64,000 nt of DNA from Frankiales bacterium (GTDB taxonomy: Bacteria; Actinomycetota; Actinomycetes; JAFAQI01), in the NCBI GenBank assembly GCA_025980325.1, contig JAICXQ010000001.1, positions 12,232 through 76,231 on the forward strand, written 5' to 3'. Below, in pieces: positions 37,354 through 47,296 of the stretch. The first letter of the stretch is position 1. Each line of letters opens with the position of its first letter. Made by a program: the position numbers and the translations under genes. The notes beneath the pieces were generated by a model. That model searched no databases. It saw only the letters and a list, made by a program, of their open reading frames with translations, and was not told the DNA's origin.

Positions 37354-38400
37354 TCACGCAGGTGCGGCGGCGCTCGTGTTGTCGGCGAGCACGCGCAGCG
37401 CGTTGCGGCCGGTGAGCCTCATCAGGTCGGCGTTTGACCAGCCTCGTTGCGCGAGCTCATCGAGCAATCGCGGGTACGTCGAGACGTCGCCGAGATCCTG
37501 CGGCAGGTCGGGGCAGCCGTCGAAGTCGCCGCCGAGACCGACGTGGTCGACGCCGGCGACCTCGCGGACGTGCTCGACGTGGTCGGCGACCTGCCGCACG
37601 GTCACGACCGGTTTCGGTCCGGCACCACCCCCGTCGTCCCAGGCCCGGTACGCCTCGTCGACGAACTGCGGCACGAACGCCACCATGCACACGCCGCCGT
37701 TGCCGGCGAGCTCGTGCAGGATGTCGTCGGGAACGTTGCGCGGGTGGTCGACCAGCGCGCGGGCACTGGAGTGCGAAAACATCACCGGCTTGCTCGTCGT
37801 CTCCAGCGCCGCTGCCATCGTCGCCGGCGACACGTGCGAGAGGTCGACGATGACGCCCAACTCGTTCATCCGGCGTACGACCTCACGACCGAACTCGCTC
37901 AGCCCGTTCGTGCGCGGCTCGTCGGTGGCGGCGTCGGCCCATGCGGTGTTGTCGTTGTGGGTGAGGGTGAGGTAGCGCACGCCGAGAGCGTGCAACGCCC
38001 AGAGCCCGGACAATGATCCGCCGATGCTGTGCCCGCCCTCGGCGCCGATCAGCGAGGCGATCTTACGGTCGGCCAGCGCCTTCTCGACCTCGTCCGCGTT
38101 GCGGGCGAGCACGAGCCGGTCCGGGTGGCGCGCGACCATCCGGTGCACGAGATGCACCTGCTCGATCGTCGTCCGCAGCGCCTCGTCCTCGGGCCGGTCC
38201 GACGGTACGTAGACCGACCACCACTGCACCCCGACGCCACCGGCCGCCAGCCGCTCCAAGTCGGTGTGGAACTGCGGGAGCGGACCGGTGAGGTCGGTGG
38301 CGTCGAGGTCGGTGCCGGCCAGCCGCATCGCCCAGGGCAGGTCGTTGTGCCCGTCGACGATGGGCGACTCGGCCAGCACCTGGGCTATCCGGTCGGTCAT
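37354..38400 (-). CDS. Membrane dipeptidase (M19, renal-dipeptidase family)
   Basis: N-terminal VDGHNDLPW, plus DLSH and HSSAR motifs; 348 aa. Confidence 0.85.
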   Translation of the reverse strand: MTDRIAQVLAESPIVDGHNDLPWAMRLAGTDLDATDLTGPLPQFHTDLERLAAGGVGVQWWSVYVPSDRPEDEALRTTIEQVHLVHRMVARHPDRLVLARNADEVEKALADRKIASLIGAEGGHSIGGSLSGLWALHALGVRYLTLTHNDNTAWADAATDEPRTNGLSEFGREVVRRMNELGVIVDLSHVSPATMAAALETTSKPVMFSHSSARALVDHPRNVPDDILHELAGNGGVCMVAFVPQFVDEAYRAWDDGGGAGPKPVVTVRQVADHVEHVREVAGVDHVGLGGDFDGCPDLPQDLGDVSTYPRLLDELAQRGWSNADLMRLTGRNALRVLADNTSAAAPA

Positions 38401-38410
38401 GACACCTGTT

Positions 38411-39049
38411 CTATCCGAACAGGAAACAGTTGATGTCGGCCTCGAGCAGGATCACGGTGAAGAACTCCTGCGCGCCGATCGCGGCGTTCTCGTTGTTCTC
38501 CAGGCAGCCCACGTTCGCGCCGCAGTCCTGCGGGATGAACACCGCGTCGACCTCGACGAAGAACGCGACCAGCAGAACCGTGTCGGCCGTGTCGAGGGCG
38601 CACTGCACCGGGCAGCAGATCGCCGCCGCGGAGGTGGGCCGCATCGTCGTGAGCGCATGTGCCACGACGGCCGCGTCGTTGGCCAGCTGGCGTTGCGCGG
38701 TGCCGACCTCGCCGTTCGCGACGAGCGCGTTCCAGCGGCTCGCGGTCTGCCGCGCCGTACCGGACAATCCGGCGACGGACACCGCGGCGAACCGGACCTG
38801 TCGGGTGTCGTTGACGACGGCCGCGGCAGAGACGCCCTCGGTTGCGGTGCCGCTGACCTGCGCGGCCGACGCGATCCGCTGCATGACGATGCCGTGATCG
38901 ACGGTCGCCGCCGCCTTCATCACGTCGGCCGTGTGCACGACGGCCTGGCGGTCGGTCGTGTCTGCGGTCGTCCCCGTGCTCGCGGCGGCGGTGGCCGTCG
39001 ATGCGCCGACGACGGCGGCAACGACGAGTAGCCCGATATTGCGGTGCAT
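38411..39049 (-). CDS. Hypothetical secreted protein
   Basis: N-terminal signal-peptide-like segment; Ala/Thr-rich; no known motif. Confidence 0.4.
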   Translation of the reverse strand: MHRNIGLLVVAAVVGASTATAAASTGTTADTTDRQAVVHTADVMKAAATVDHGIVMQRIASAAQVSGTATEGVSAAAVVNDTRQVRFAAVSVAGLSGTARQTASRWNALVANGEVGTAQRQLANDAAVVAHALTTMRPTSAAAICCPVQCALDTADTVLLVAFFVEVDAVFIPQDCGANVGCLENNENAAIGAQEFFTVILLEADINCFLFG

Positions 39050-39147
39050 GATGTCTCCTGTCCTGCGACGGCGTTGGCTTCGGCGCGCGGGACGTTATCG
39101 ACGGTCGCGACAAGCAGTCTTTGTCGGGCCGGAACAATCCGTACCGG

Positions 39148-42100
39148 TCACTTGTCGATCCGGACAAGAGGCGACGTGACGTCCGCGTCGTCCAGCGCGG
39201 CCCGGATCCGCCGGGCGAGCTCCGGCCCGACGCCGGGCACGCGTTGCAGGTCGTCGACGCTCGCCTGGTGCAGCGCGCCGTTGCCGCCGAACGTCGCCAC
39301 CAACGTGCGCGCTTTGGTCTTGCCGAGCCCGCGGACGCCGCGCAGCAGGTTCTCGATGTCGGTCCCCGCGTTCGCCGTCACTTGCACGCCGGAACGTCCG
39401 ATCGCGTCGACGCTGCCGCCGAGGTACGCGTCGACGACGGCGGGGTCGCGGCGGACGACGTCCGGTGTCCCTTCGGCGATGACGACGCCGTCGGCCATCG
39501 CGATGATGCGATCCGAGATGCCCATCACGAGTGGGATGTCGTGCTCGATGACGACGAGCGTGAGGTCGAGTTGCCGCTTGAGATCGACGAGCAGCTGACC
39601 GAGCGCTTCGCTCTCCCGTTGCGCGATCCCCGACGACGGTTCGTCGAGCAGCAGGCAGACGGGATCGAGCGCGACAAGGCAGGCGATCTCGGCGATGCGC
39701 CGGGTGCCCGTCGACAGCTCCTGGATCTGCTTGTCGCGGTACGCATCGAGACCGAGGACGGAGATGAGGTCGTCGGCGCGGCGTGCCTTCGCCCGCTCGC
39801 CGACGGTGACGCCCAGTGTCGAGGCGAGGAAGCGCGTCGGCCGTACCCGCTCCGACGCGAGCATCACGGTCTCGCGGACCGTCATCGTCGGGAACAGCGC
39901 CGCGTCCTGGAACGACCGGATCAGACCCAGCTTCGCGCGATCCTCGGGCCCGAGCGCCGACACGTCGCGACGGTCGAACATGACCCGGCCGGTGTCGGCC
40001 CGGGTGAAGCCGCCGAGCAACTCGAACGTCGTCGTCTTGCCGGCTCCGTTCGGTCCGATCAGGCCGACGGTCTCACCTGCGCGGACCCGAAGCGAGACGT
40101 CGTGCACGGCGACGACGCCGCCGAAGCGCTTGCTGAGGTGACGGGCTTCGAGCAGCGTCGTACCGAGCGCCGGCCGCCGTTGCGCCGGTTCGCCGGCGCG
40201 ATCGCGGGCACGTAGGTCCACGAGCGACACCTGCGCCGTAGCGCCGGTTTCGGGCTCGGCCGCGAGCGGTTCGGCCGGATCGAAGTCGACGCCGTGGCGC
40301 CGGGCCAAGGCACGGATCACGCGCAACCGCAACGGATCGATCGCCTGGACGAGACCGCCCGGCCACATGAGGATCACGATGAGCACGCCCGCGTTCGACG
40401 CGAACAACCCGATGTTGCCGATGTCGAGCTGCGGCAGCCCGAGGATCCAGACCGCGCCGATCACCGGCCCGATCAGCACCGACACGCCGCCGAGCACGGT
40501 CATCACGACGACCTCGATGCTGGCGGTCGGCGGGAAGGTCGAGACGTCGATGCTCGACAGCGAGTGCCCGACCGTGGCGCCGCCGATGCCCGCGATGAAT
40601 CCCGCGAGCAGGTACCCCTGCATCTTGACGACGCTCGCCCGGATCGTGAACGCGCGGGCGTTGTCCTCGTTGTCGCGGATGGCGACGAGCAGCCGCCCGA
40701 ACCCGCTGCGCCGTACGTTGAGCGCCAGCAGCAGCGAGAGCACGAACAGCGCGAGCGCGAAGTAGTAGTAACTGTGGCCCGTGTCGAGCGGGCCGCCGAA
40801 CGGCCATCCGGTCGGCCGGCCCGGGTTGCGGCCGCTGCCGAGCATCCACGACTGGCTGAGCAGCCATGCCGACGTCGCGAGCGCGAAGCCGAGCGTGGTG
40901 ACCGTCAGCATCAGCCCGCGGATGCGCAGCGCGGGCAGCCCGATGACGACGGACACGACGCCGGCGCCGAGACCGGCGTAGAGCAACGCGAGCGGGAACT
41001 CGCCGATCCGGCTCGACACCTTGTACGAGATGACCGCGCCGATCGCCGCCACCGCGAACTGGCCCAGCGTCAGTTGCCCGCCGAGCCCGGTGAGGACGCC
41101 GATCGACAGCCCGACGATCGCGAACCCGATCCAGCCCGTGAACGTCACCGCCAGGCTGTTCGTGATGAACAGCGGCAGCAGCGCGAGGAACGCCAGCGCC
41201 GAAACGGCGAGGGCCGGCGCGAGCGCGCGCACCGCGCGCAGTTGCTGCACCTGGCGCGGTAGCGGTCGCAGTGCTTGTACGGCGGCCCAACTTCCCTTCT
41301 CCTCGTCCCGGCCGCTTCGCTGGCGTTGCACCAACAGTGCGCAGAGGATCACGGCGAATAGCGCGACCTCGACGAGGCCGGGCGAGCGCGGATAGTTCCA
41401 CAGCAGGACGTGCTCGACGATCCCCAGTGCGACGCCGCCGGCGAGCGCGACCGGCAGGTTCTGCATCCGGCCGATCACGGCCGCGGCCATCGCGCGCAGC
41501 AACAACTCCGGACCGAAGCTGTCGCCGGTGACATAGCCGGCGGTGGGTGCGGTGAGCATCGCCGTGAACGCCGACAGCGCGCCGGCGATCGCCCACGCGA
41601 ACGACGACATCCGGCTGGCGAAGATGCCGGACATGCGCGCCGCTTCGGGGTTCGCCGCGGCGGCGCGGATCGCGAGGCCGAAGCGGCTGCGCTTGAAGAA
41701 GACCGCGAGGCCGAGGACGACGAGCGGCGAGAGGATGAGCATGCCGGAGTACGCCGGCGTCACCCGCAACGCGCCGACGGTGAACACCGGCAGCCCGGCA
41801 GGCTGCGGGTAGGTCGAACCGGCGGTGGACTGCGGGTTGATCAGCACCGCGAACACGACGAGCACCTGACCCACGCCGAGGCTCGCGACGACGCTCATGA
41901 GCCGCGGTGCCGATCGGAGCCGCCGTACGACGCCGGTCTCGGCCGCGGCGCCGGTTGTTGCTGCAACGAAGAGCGCCAGGACGAACGCGATCCAGTACGG
42001 GATGTGCCACCTGACCGCGGCGAGGCCGAAGAACGCCGCACCGAACGCGCCGATCTGCCCGTGCGCGAAGTTGATGATGCGGTTCGTCCGGTAGATGAGG

Positions 42101-42320
42101 ACGAGGCCGACCGCGAGCAGCCCGTACGTGAGCCCGACGATCGTGCCGAGCACGACGACCGGCAACGGTGTCGACGCGTGGATGACACCCTGCGCATCGA
42201 GCACGGCGGTGGCGAGCTTCGCCGCGACGACGGCCGCGACGAACAGGGCCAGCTGCACGACGATGCGCCGCGGCGGCAACCAAGCGCGGCTGCGGAATGA
42301 GTCGGCGACGGCGGTCATCC
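39148..42320 (-). CDS. Fused ABC transporter protein: LivH-like permease + LivM-like permease + LivG-like ATPase + C-terminal helix-hairpin-helix tail (about 1057 aa)
   Basis: A single uninterrupted frame runs through two permease domains (IINFAHGQIGAFGA...; LTLGQFAVAAIGAVISY...), the ATPase (GLIGPNGAGKTT, LSTGTRR, LLLDEPSSG) and the tail LLRGVRGLGKTKARTLVATFGGNGALHQASVDDLQRVPGVGPELARRI. The start ATG overlaps the upstream gene stop (ATGA). Confidence 0.65.
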
Positions 42321-44504
42321 GGCCGCAGCAGCACCGTGGAGGAAGACGGCACGGAGCAGGTCGTCGCGTTCGAGCAGCTGCGCGGCCGGACCGTCGAAGC
42401 GCATCTCGCCCTTCTCCATGAAGTACGCATGCTCGACGAGGTTGAGCGCGATGTTCACGGACTGCTCGACCAGCACGACCGCGGTGCCGTCGTCGTTGAT
42501 GCGGCGCACCATGTCGAGCAACTGACCGACGATCACCGGTGCCAGGCCGAGTGAGAGCTCGTCGATGAGCAGCAGCCGCGGCCGCAGCATGAGCGCCTTG
42601 GACAAGCCGAGCATCTGCTGCTCGCCGCCCGACAGCGTGGCCGCCGTCGAGTTGCGCCGTTCGGCGAGACGAGGGAACGCGTCGAAGCAGGTGTCGATCG
42701 CCCGCTCCACCGCGCGCCGGTTGCCGGCCATCGAGTAGCCGTAGCTGCGCAGGTTTTCGACGACCGTCATCGGGCCGAAGACGGCGCGCCCGCCCGGCAC
42801 CTGCGTGATGCCGAGGCGCAGCCGGCGTTCCGCGTCGAGGTAGGTGATCTCCTGCCCGCGATAGCGGATGGTGCCGCGAGTGGGCAGGCCGATGCCGGAG
42901 ATCACTTTCAGCAGCGTCGACTTGCCGGCGCCGTTCACGCCGAGCAGCGCCACCATCTCGCCGTCGTCGACGGTGAAGTCGACGCCGAAGAGCACCTGCA
43001 ACTGCCCGTACGAGAAGTCGATCGAGCGGGTGGCGAGCATCGGCAGCGGGCGGCCGGCGGAACGCAACCGCCTGATCTCCTCGTCCTCGAGCACCTCGTC
43101 GATCATCCGATCGAGGTCGCGATCGATCAGCTTGCCGGCACTGCCGATGATCGCAGCGCCGATGACGCCCGGGATCGCGATCGAGATCATCGTGCCGACG
43201 ACGCCGAACTGCGCCTGCACGCTGCCGAGCAGCAGCGCCCCGATGACACCACCGACCGCCTGGAAGATCGCGGCGAGCGCCTGCGCGTGTGGTCGCGCGT
43301 TCGCCGGCACGATCGAGAGCAGGCACACGTAGAGCAACGGCGTCAGCAGGCCGATGGCCGCGCCGGCGACGCCGAAGCAGGCGATCATCGGCCAGAACCA
43401 CGGCATCGCGCCGCCGACCGCGATGAGCACCACACCGAAGCCGAGCAGGACACCGCACCCGCGCATCACGAATCGCGGTGACGCGCGGAACTGCTTCTCG
43501 CCGCGACCGCCGTACCCGAGCAGGGCGACGACGCTGCAGCCGGAATAGAAGGCGAAGAATACGCCGCGGCCGCCGGCACCGAGGTTCCAGCGCTGGTCGA
43601 GGAAGAACGAGATGAACACGTTGAGCGGCACGATGAGCAGGCCGAGGACCGCGACGCCCGCCATCAGCCGGCGGTTCGTAGGGATGAGCATGATCCGCCG
43701 GCAGATCTCCCAGAATCCCAGCGCGACCTCGTCGCTCCTGAGTACGTCGGCCGGTTCGCCGTGGACCTCGCGGACACTCGCGCGCAGCCGCTCGGTGTCC
43801 CACTTGCCGAAGCCGGGATCGCGCAGGCCGATCGCGAACAACGTGATGACGACCGAGGTCGCGCCCATGACGAGGAACACGCCGCGCCAGGTGAAGCCGA
43901 GCACGCCGGCGAGCAAGGCGACGAACAGCGGCGACGCGAACAGGCCGAACGAGCCGATCGCGTTGTACGCCGACACCGCACGGACTCGCGTCTCCGGGTG
44001 ATAGCTGTCCATCACGAGCGGTGTGTGCAGCGCGAGCACCGATCCGGTGGTGAGGCCGTCGAGCATGAGGATGCCCAACAGACCGAGCAGCGACGTGACG
44101 AAGCCGGTGAACAACGTGATGAAGCTCCACCCGATCCCGGTGACGATGCAGAGCATCGCGCGCCGGGCCCGTCGTTGCGACAGCCACGCGACCGGCAACG
44201 GGGCGATCCCGATCGCGATCCGGTGCAACGAGAACGACGCGCCGATGACGGCGATCGAGATGCCCAACGCCCGGCTGATGTCGGGCGCGAGGACGGTGAA
44301 TGCGTAGACCTGGAACGAGTCCGTCATGTAGAGCAGGCCGAGCGCGATGAGCGGGTAGTACGACAGCCCGTAGCGACGGACCAGCTGGTGGAACGACGCC
44401 GTCCGCTCGTCACCGATCACGCCGAGCGTCGCGCGCGCCTGCTCCCGCAACGCGTCGCGCGTCTGCTCGATGTCCCGGATGGCCTCCCGGTCGGCGACGC
44501 TCAT
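42315..44504 (-). CDS. MFS-transporter domain fused to a LivF-type ABC ATPase (about 729 aa)
   Basis: About 12 TM helices after MSVADREAIRDIEQTR, then a C-terminal ATPase (GVNGAGKST, LSGGEQQMLGL, LLLIDELSLG). The long ORF extension upstream of Met122 is an R-rich artefact. Confidence 0.65.
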   Translation of the reverse strand: MSVADREAIRDIEQTRDALREQARATLGVIGDERTASFHQLVRRYGLSYYPLIALGLLYMTDSFQVYAFTVLAPDISRALGISIAVIGASFSLHRIAIGIAPLPVAWLSQRRARRAMLCIVTGIGWSFITLFTGFVTSLLGLLGILMLDGLTTGSVLALHTPLVMDSYHPETRVRAVSAYNAIGSFGLFASPLFVALLAGVLGFTWRGVFLVMGATSVVITLFAIGLRDPGFGKWDTERLRASVREVHGEPADVLRSDEVALGFWEICRRIMLIPTNRRLMAGVAVLGLLIVPLNVFISFFLDQRWNLGAGGRGVFFAFYSGCSVVALLGYGGRGEKQFRASPRFVMRGCGVLLGFGVVLIAVGGAMPWFWPMIACFGVAGAAIGLLTPLLYVCLLSIVPANARPHAQALAAIFQAVGGVIGALLLGSVQAQFGVVGTMISIAIPGVIGAAIIGSAGKLIDRDLDRMIDEVLEDEEIRRLRSAGRPLPMLATRSIDFSYGQLQVLFGVDFTVDDGEMVALLGVNGAGKSTLLKVISGIGLPTRGTIRYRGQEITYLDAERRLRLGITQVPGGRAVFGPMTVVENLRSYGYSMAGNRRAVERAIDTCFDAFPRLAERRNSTAATLSGGEQQMLGLSKALMLRPRLLLIDELSLGLAPVIVGQLLDMVRRINDDGTAVVLVEQSVNIALNLVEHAYFMEKGEMRFDGPAAQLLERDDLLRAVFLHGAAAAG

Positions 44505-45082
44505 CCGCCGATCCTCGGCAGTCGCAGGTCGAGCTCCCACGCGCTCTCGCCGATCCGGTGGCCGGCGGTGTCGAGCAGCACGACGATGAACGTGTGCAGC
44601 TGCACGCTGTCCTTGCTGCCGGGCAGGTTCGGGATGCGGTCGAGCGTCACGCTGTCGCTGGTCGTCGGGAAGACGAGTTGACCTTGCAGGTAGGCGATCG
44701 TGGGGCAGGCCGCGTCGCCGCGCTCGAACGGGTCGGCCTTGCAGATCGCCTTCATCGTCTGCCCCGGCTGGATCGGCGACCGGTCGACGAACAGCGCGAA
44801 GTAGCCGGCGTCGCGGCGTGGCGCGGCCGACCCGGCAGCCGCGACCGTGAAGCCGTGCATGCGCCACCGGATCGTGAGCGGCAGCTGCACCTTCGATCGG
44901 TCTTTCGGCGTGACGAAGTGCAGCCGGTCGTCCACGCGGAAGTTCAGGTCCTGCAGGTGCCCGAGGCCGCAGCCGGCGGTCAGCGTGAGCGCGGCGGTCG
45001 CGGCGGCGACGCTCCGTGCCGCGCGCGCGAGCCGCACCTGCGCCTCCTTGCCGGTCCGACCGGTCGCCTGCCTGGGCTTCAT
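44501..45082 (-). CDS. Lipoprotein (about 193 aa), first gene of the ABC operon
   Basis: Lipobox LTLTAGCG after MKPRQATGRTGKEAQVRLARAARSVAAATAA. Its stop overlaps the start of the MFS::LivF gene (ATGA). Confidence 0.55.
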   Translation of the reverse strand: MKPRQATGRTGKEAQVRLARAARSVAAATAALTLTAGCGLGHLQDLNFRVDDRLHFVTPKDRSKVQLPLTIRWRMHGFTVAAAGSAAPRRDAGYFALFVDRSPIQPGQTMKAICKADPFERGDAACPTIAYLQGQLVFPTTSDSVTLDRIPNLPGSKDSVQLHTFIVVLLDTAGHRIGESAWELDLRLPRIGG

Positions 45083-45170
45083 CGTCTGCCGCGGCGGCGT
45101 ACGGCGTCGTCGTCCGCGGTCACCAACTGCCGGCCCGATCGCTGTGCGCGTGGCACAGCGATCATCGTCT

Positions 45171-46811
45171 CTACGGCGCATCGAGAAAGCGCAGCTGCAG
45201 CTCGGCGACCAGCCGCTCGTCGGGGTCGTCGAGGTCGAGCCCGAACAGGTCGGTGATCCGGCGCAGCCGGTAGCGGAACGTGTTGGGGTGCACGTTGACC
45301 TCGGCGGCTGCGGCGGCCATGTCGCCGTACGCGTCGAAGTACGCGCGCAGGGTCTGCACCCACGACGTGCCCTTGGCCGCGTCCTGCTCCGCGAGCGCGG
45401 CCACTCGGCCGATCGCGAGTTCGGGGTGCGCGGCCGCGACCGCGCGCAGCCGGTACAGGATGACCGGCGCCCGCACCGCGTCGATCGTGCCGACGTCCAT
45501 GCCGGTGCGTGCGGCGAGCACTTCGAGTACTTCGTCCGCCTCTCGGCGCGAGGCCGCCACGCCGTCGAGCCCGGCGACCCGGCTGCCGACTCCCGCCCGC
45601 ACGTCCAGCCGCAGCGCCTGCCGCGCGCGGTCCACGACCGCGGTCGCCAACCCGACCGCGGCATCGACGTCGCGAGCGCTGTCACCGGGCACCAGCGCGT
45701 AGACGCGGCCGCGGTCGACGGCGCACAGCGACGTACGGCGGTAGGACTCGCAGTAGACCGCGACGAGATCGGCGAGCCGTTGTGCCGCCACGACGGCGGT
45801 CGCGTCGCCGGCGTCGCCGGCGTCAAACCCGATCACGACCACCGGATGGTCGACGTCGACGCCGAGCAGGTCGCGCGCGACGTCGCCCTGCTCGGTGCCC
45901 TGGAGCAGGCCGACCAGAGCGGTGGATCGGCGCGCCCGGTCGACGTCGGTCGCCGCGCGGTGCCGTAACAGGTGCAGCGCGGCGATGTCGGCGGCGTCGC
46001 GCAGCGCCCGGACCGCGTCGTCGCCGAGCGGCTGATCGCCTTCGATGACCCACATGCTGCCGAGCAGTTCCCCGCCGGCGCGGACCGCGACCGCGATCCG
46101 CGGGAGGTACTCCGTGTCGGCCGCGGTGAAGTCGGCGATCCGCACGACCTCGTCGGTGTGCCACAGGCGGCGGAACACGCCGGCGTCGTGCAGCCGCTGG
46201 ATCCAGTCGGCGGGGACCTCGCGGCCGAGGATCGTCTCTTGCCGCGCGGGGTCGATCGCATGGCCGAGGTTGGAGTAGGCGAGCACCCGGTTGGACGGGT
46301 CCTCGATCGTCGTCGCCCCGCCGACGGCCGCGGCGATGGCGTCGGCCAGCGCGAACAGGTCGCCGAGCGGCGCCTCGGTGACCGCCGCCGTCACCGCCGG
46401 CACCGTCCGCGCCGCGGTCAGCAGCAGGGTGTAGAGCTGGCCCCACGACAACGCGCGCGGGGCCACGAGCAGCGCGACGTTGCTGTCGGCGGCGGCGTCG
46501 CGAACGCTCTCGTCGAGCGGGCCGGCGTGCTTGATGACCGCGGCCGCGGCGCCGGTCTCGGCCAGCCGGCGCAGCAGATCCACCCGCGCGAGGTCGGAGT
46601 CGACGCCGACGGCGAGGACCACGCTGTTCGGGCCGGCCTCCAACGGCTCGGCCGGGTCGAGCACCACCGGATCCCCGGATTCGATGTCGAGGCCGCGCGG
46701 CGCCGCCGCGATGTCGAGCACCGCCGGATGCAAGCGCTCGATCAGCAGCCGCAGCGTCGGTCGCGCGGACTCCTCGACGGGCGGCGGCGTCGTACTGGCC
46801 ACGCCGAGCAT
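45171..46811 (-). CDS. PucR/CdaR-family transcriptional regulator
   Basis: C-terminal HTH VNVHPNTFRYRLRRITDLFGLDL (PucR_C-like), with GAF-like middle domains. The start is uncertain (46811 or 46853). Confidence 0.7.
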   Translation of the reverse strand: MLGVASTTPPPVEESARPTLRLLIERLHPAVLDIAAAPRGLDIESGDPVVLDPAEPLEAGPNSVVLAVGVDSDLARVDLLRRLAETGAAAAVIKHAGPLDESVRDAAADSNVALLVAPRALSWGQLYTLLLTAARTVPAVTAAVTEAPLGDLFALADAIAAAVGGATTIEDPSNRVLAYSNLGHAIDPARQETILGREVPADWIQRLHDAGVFRRLWHTDEVVRIADFTAADTEYLPRIAVAVRAGGELLGSMWVIEGDQPLGDDAVRALRDAADIAALHLLRHRAATDVDRARRSTALVGLLQGTEQGDVARDLLGVDVDHPVVVIGFDAGDAGDATAVVAAQRLADLVAVYCESYRRTSLCAVDRGRVYALVPGDSARDVDAAVGLATAVVDRARQALRLDVRAGVGSRVAGLDGVAASRREADEVLEVLAARTGMDVGTIDAVRAPVILYRLRAVAAAHPELAIGRVAALAEQDAAKGTSWVQTLRAYFDAYGDMAAAAAEVNVHPNTFRYRLRRITDLFGLDLDDPDERLVAELQLRFLDAP

Positions 46812-46863
46812 CGTCGCGGACCCTGCCTTGCGCGGCGAAGGCAACCCGGTCATACTCCGAATG

Positions 46864-47295
46864 GAATCTATACGGAGTACGAACGGAGCACCGGTGGAGA
46901 CCGAGAAGGTGTGCGTCAACCTCCCGGCGGCCGAGCTCGGCAAGATCGACGTGCTGGTCGCCGAGGGTCTCTACGCCAGCCGCACCGACGTCATCCGCAG
47001 CGGGATCCGCCTGGTCCTCGACGCGCACCCGGATTCGGTGGCGCGGGTCATGCCGGGCTCGCGCGTCGGCTACCAGCTGCTGATGAAGTCCGAGCTCGAC
47101 GCGGCCCGCCGGACGAATACGCGCCTGACGTTGTTCGTCATCGGCGTCCTGCGAATCCAGGGCAGCGTCACGCCGGAGCTTGCCGACCAGACGATCGAGC
47201 GGATCCGCATCTTCGGCGCCGTCCGGGGCCCGGACGACGTGCTTCGCCGCCTCGACGACCGGATCATCCGCGGCGGCGCCAACCTGGAGCGATGA
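46864..47295 (+). CDS. Ribbon-helix-helix (CopG/Arc-like) regulator, putative
   Basis: VNLPAAELGKIDVLVAEGLYASRTDVIRSGIRLVL near the N-terminus. Directly upstream of the ABC-2 exporter genes. The start is uncertain. Confidence 0.45.
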   Translation, partial: ESIRSTNGAPVETEKVCVNLPAAELGKIDVLVAEGLYASRTDVIRSGIRLVLDAHPDSVARVMPGSRVGYQLLMKSELDAARRTNTRLTLFVIGVLRIQGSVTPELADQTIERIRIFGAVRGPDDVLRRLDDRIIRGGANLER

Positions 47296-47296
47296 G

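Noticed and set aside
40073-42430. 785-aa minus-strand ORF and the upstream extension of 39148-44187 (1679-aa ORF)
   Set aside because: They are off-frame or N-terminally extended R-rich artefacts. The real genes are delimited by internal ATGA-coupled starts at 42320 and 44504.
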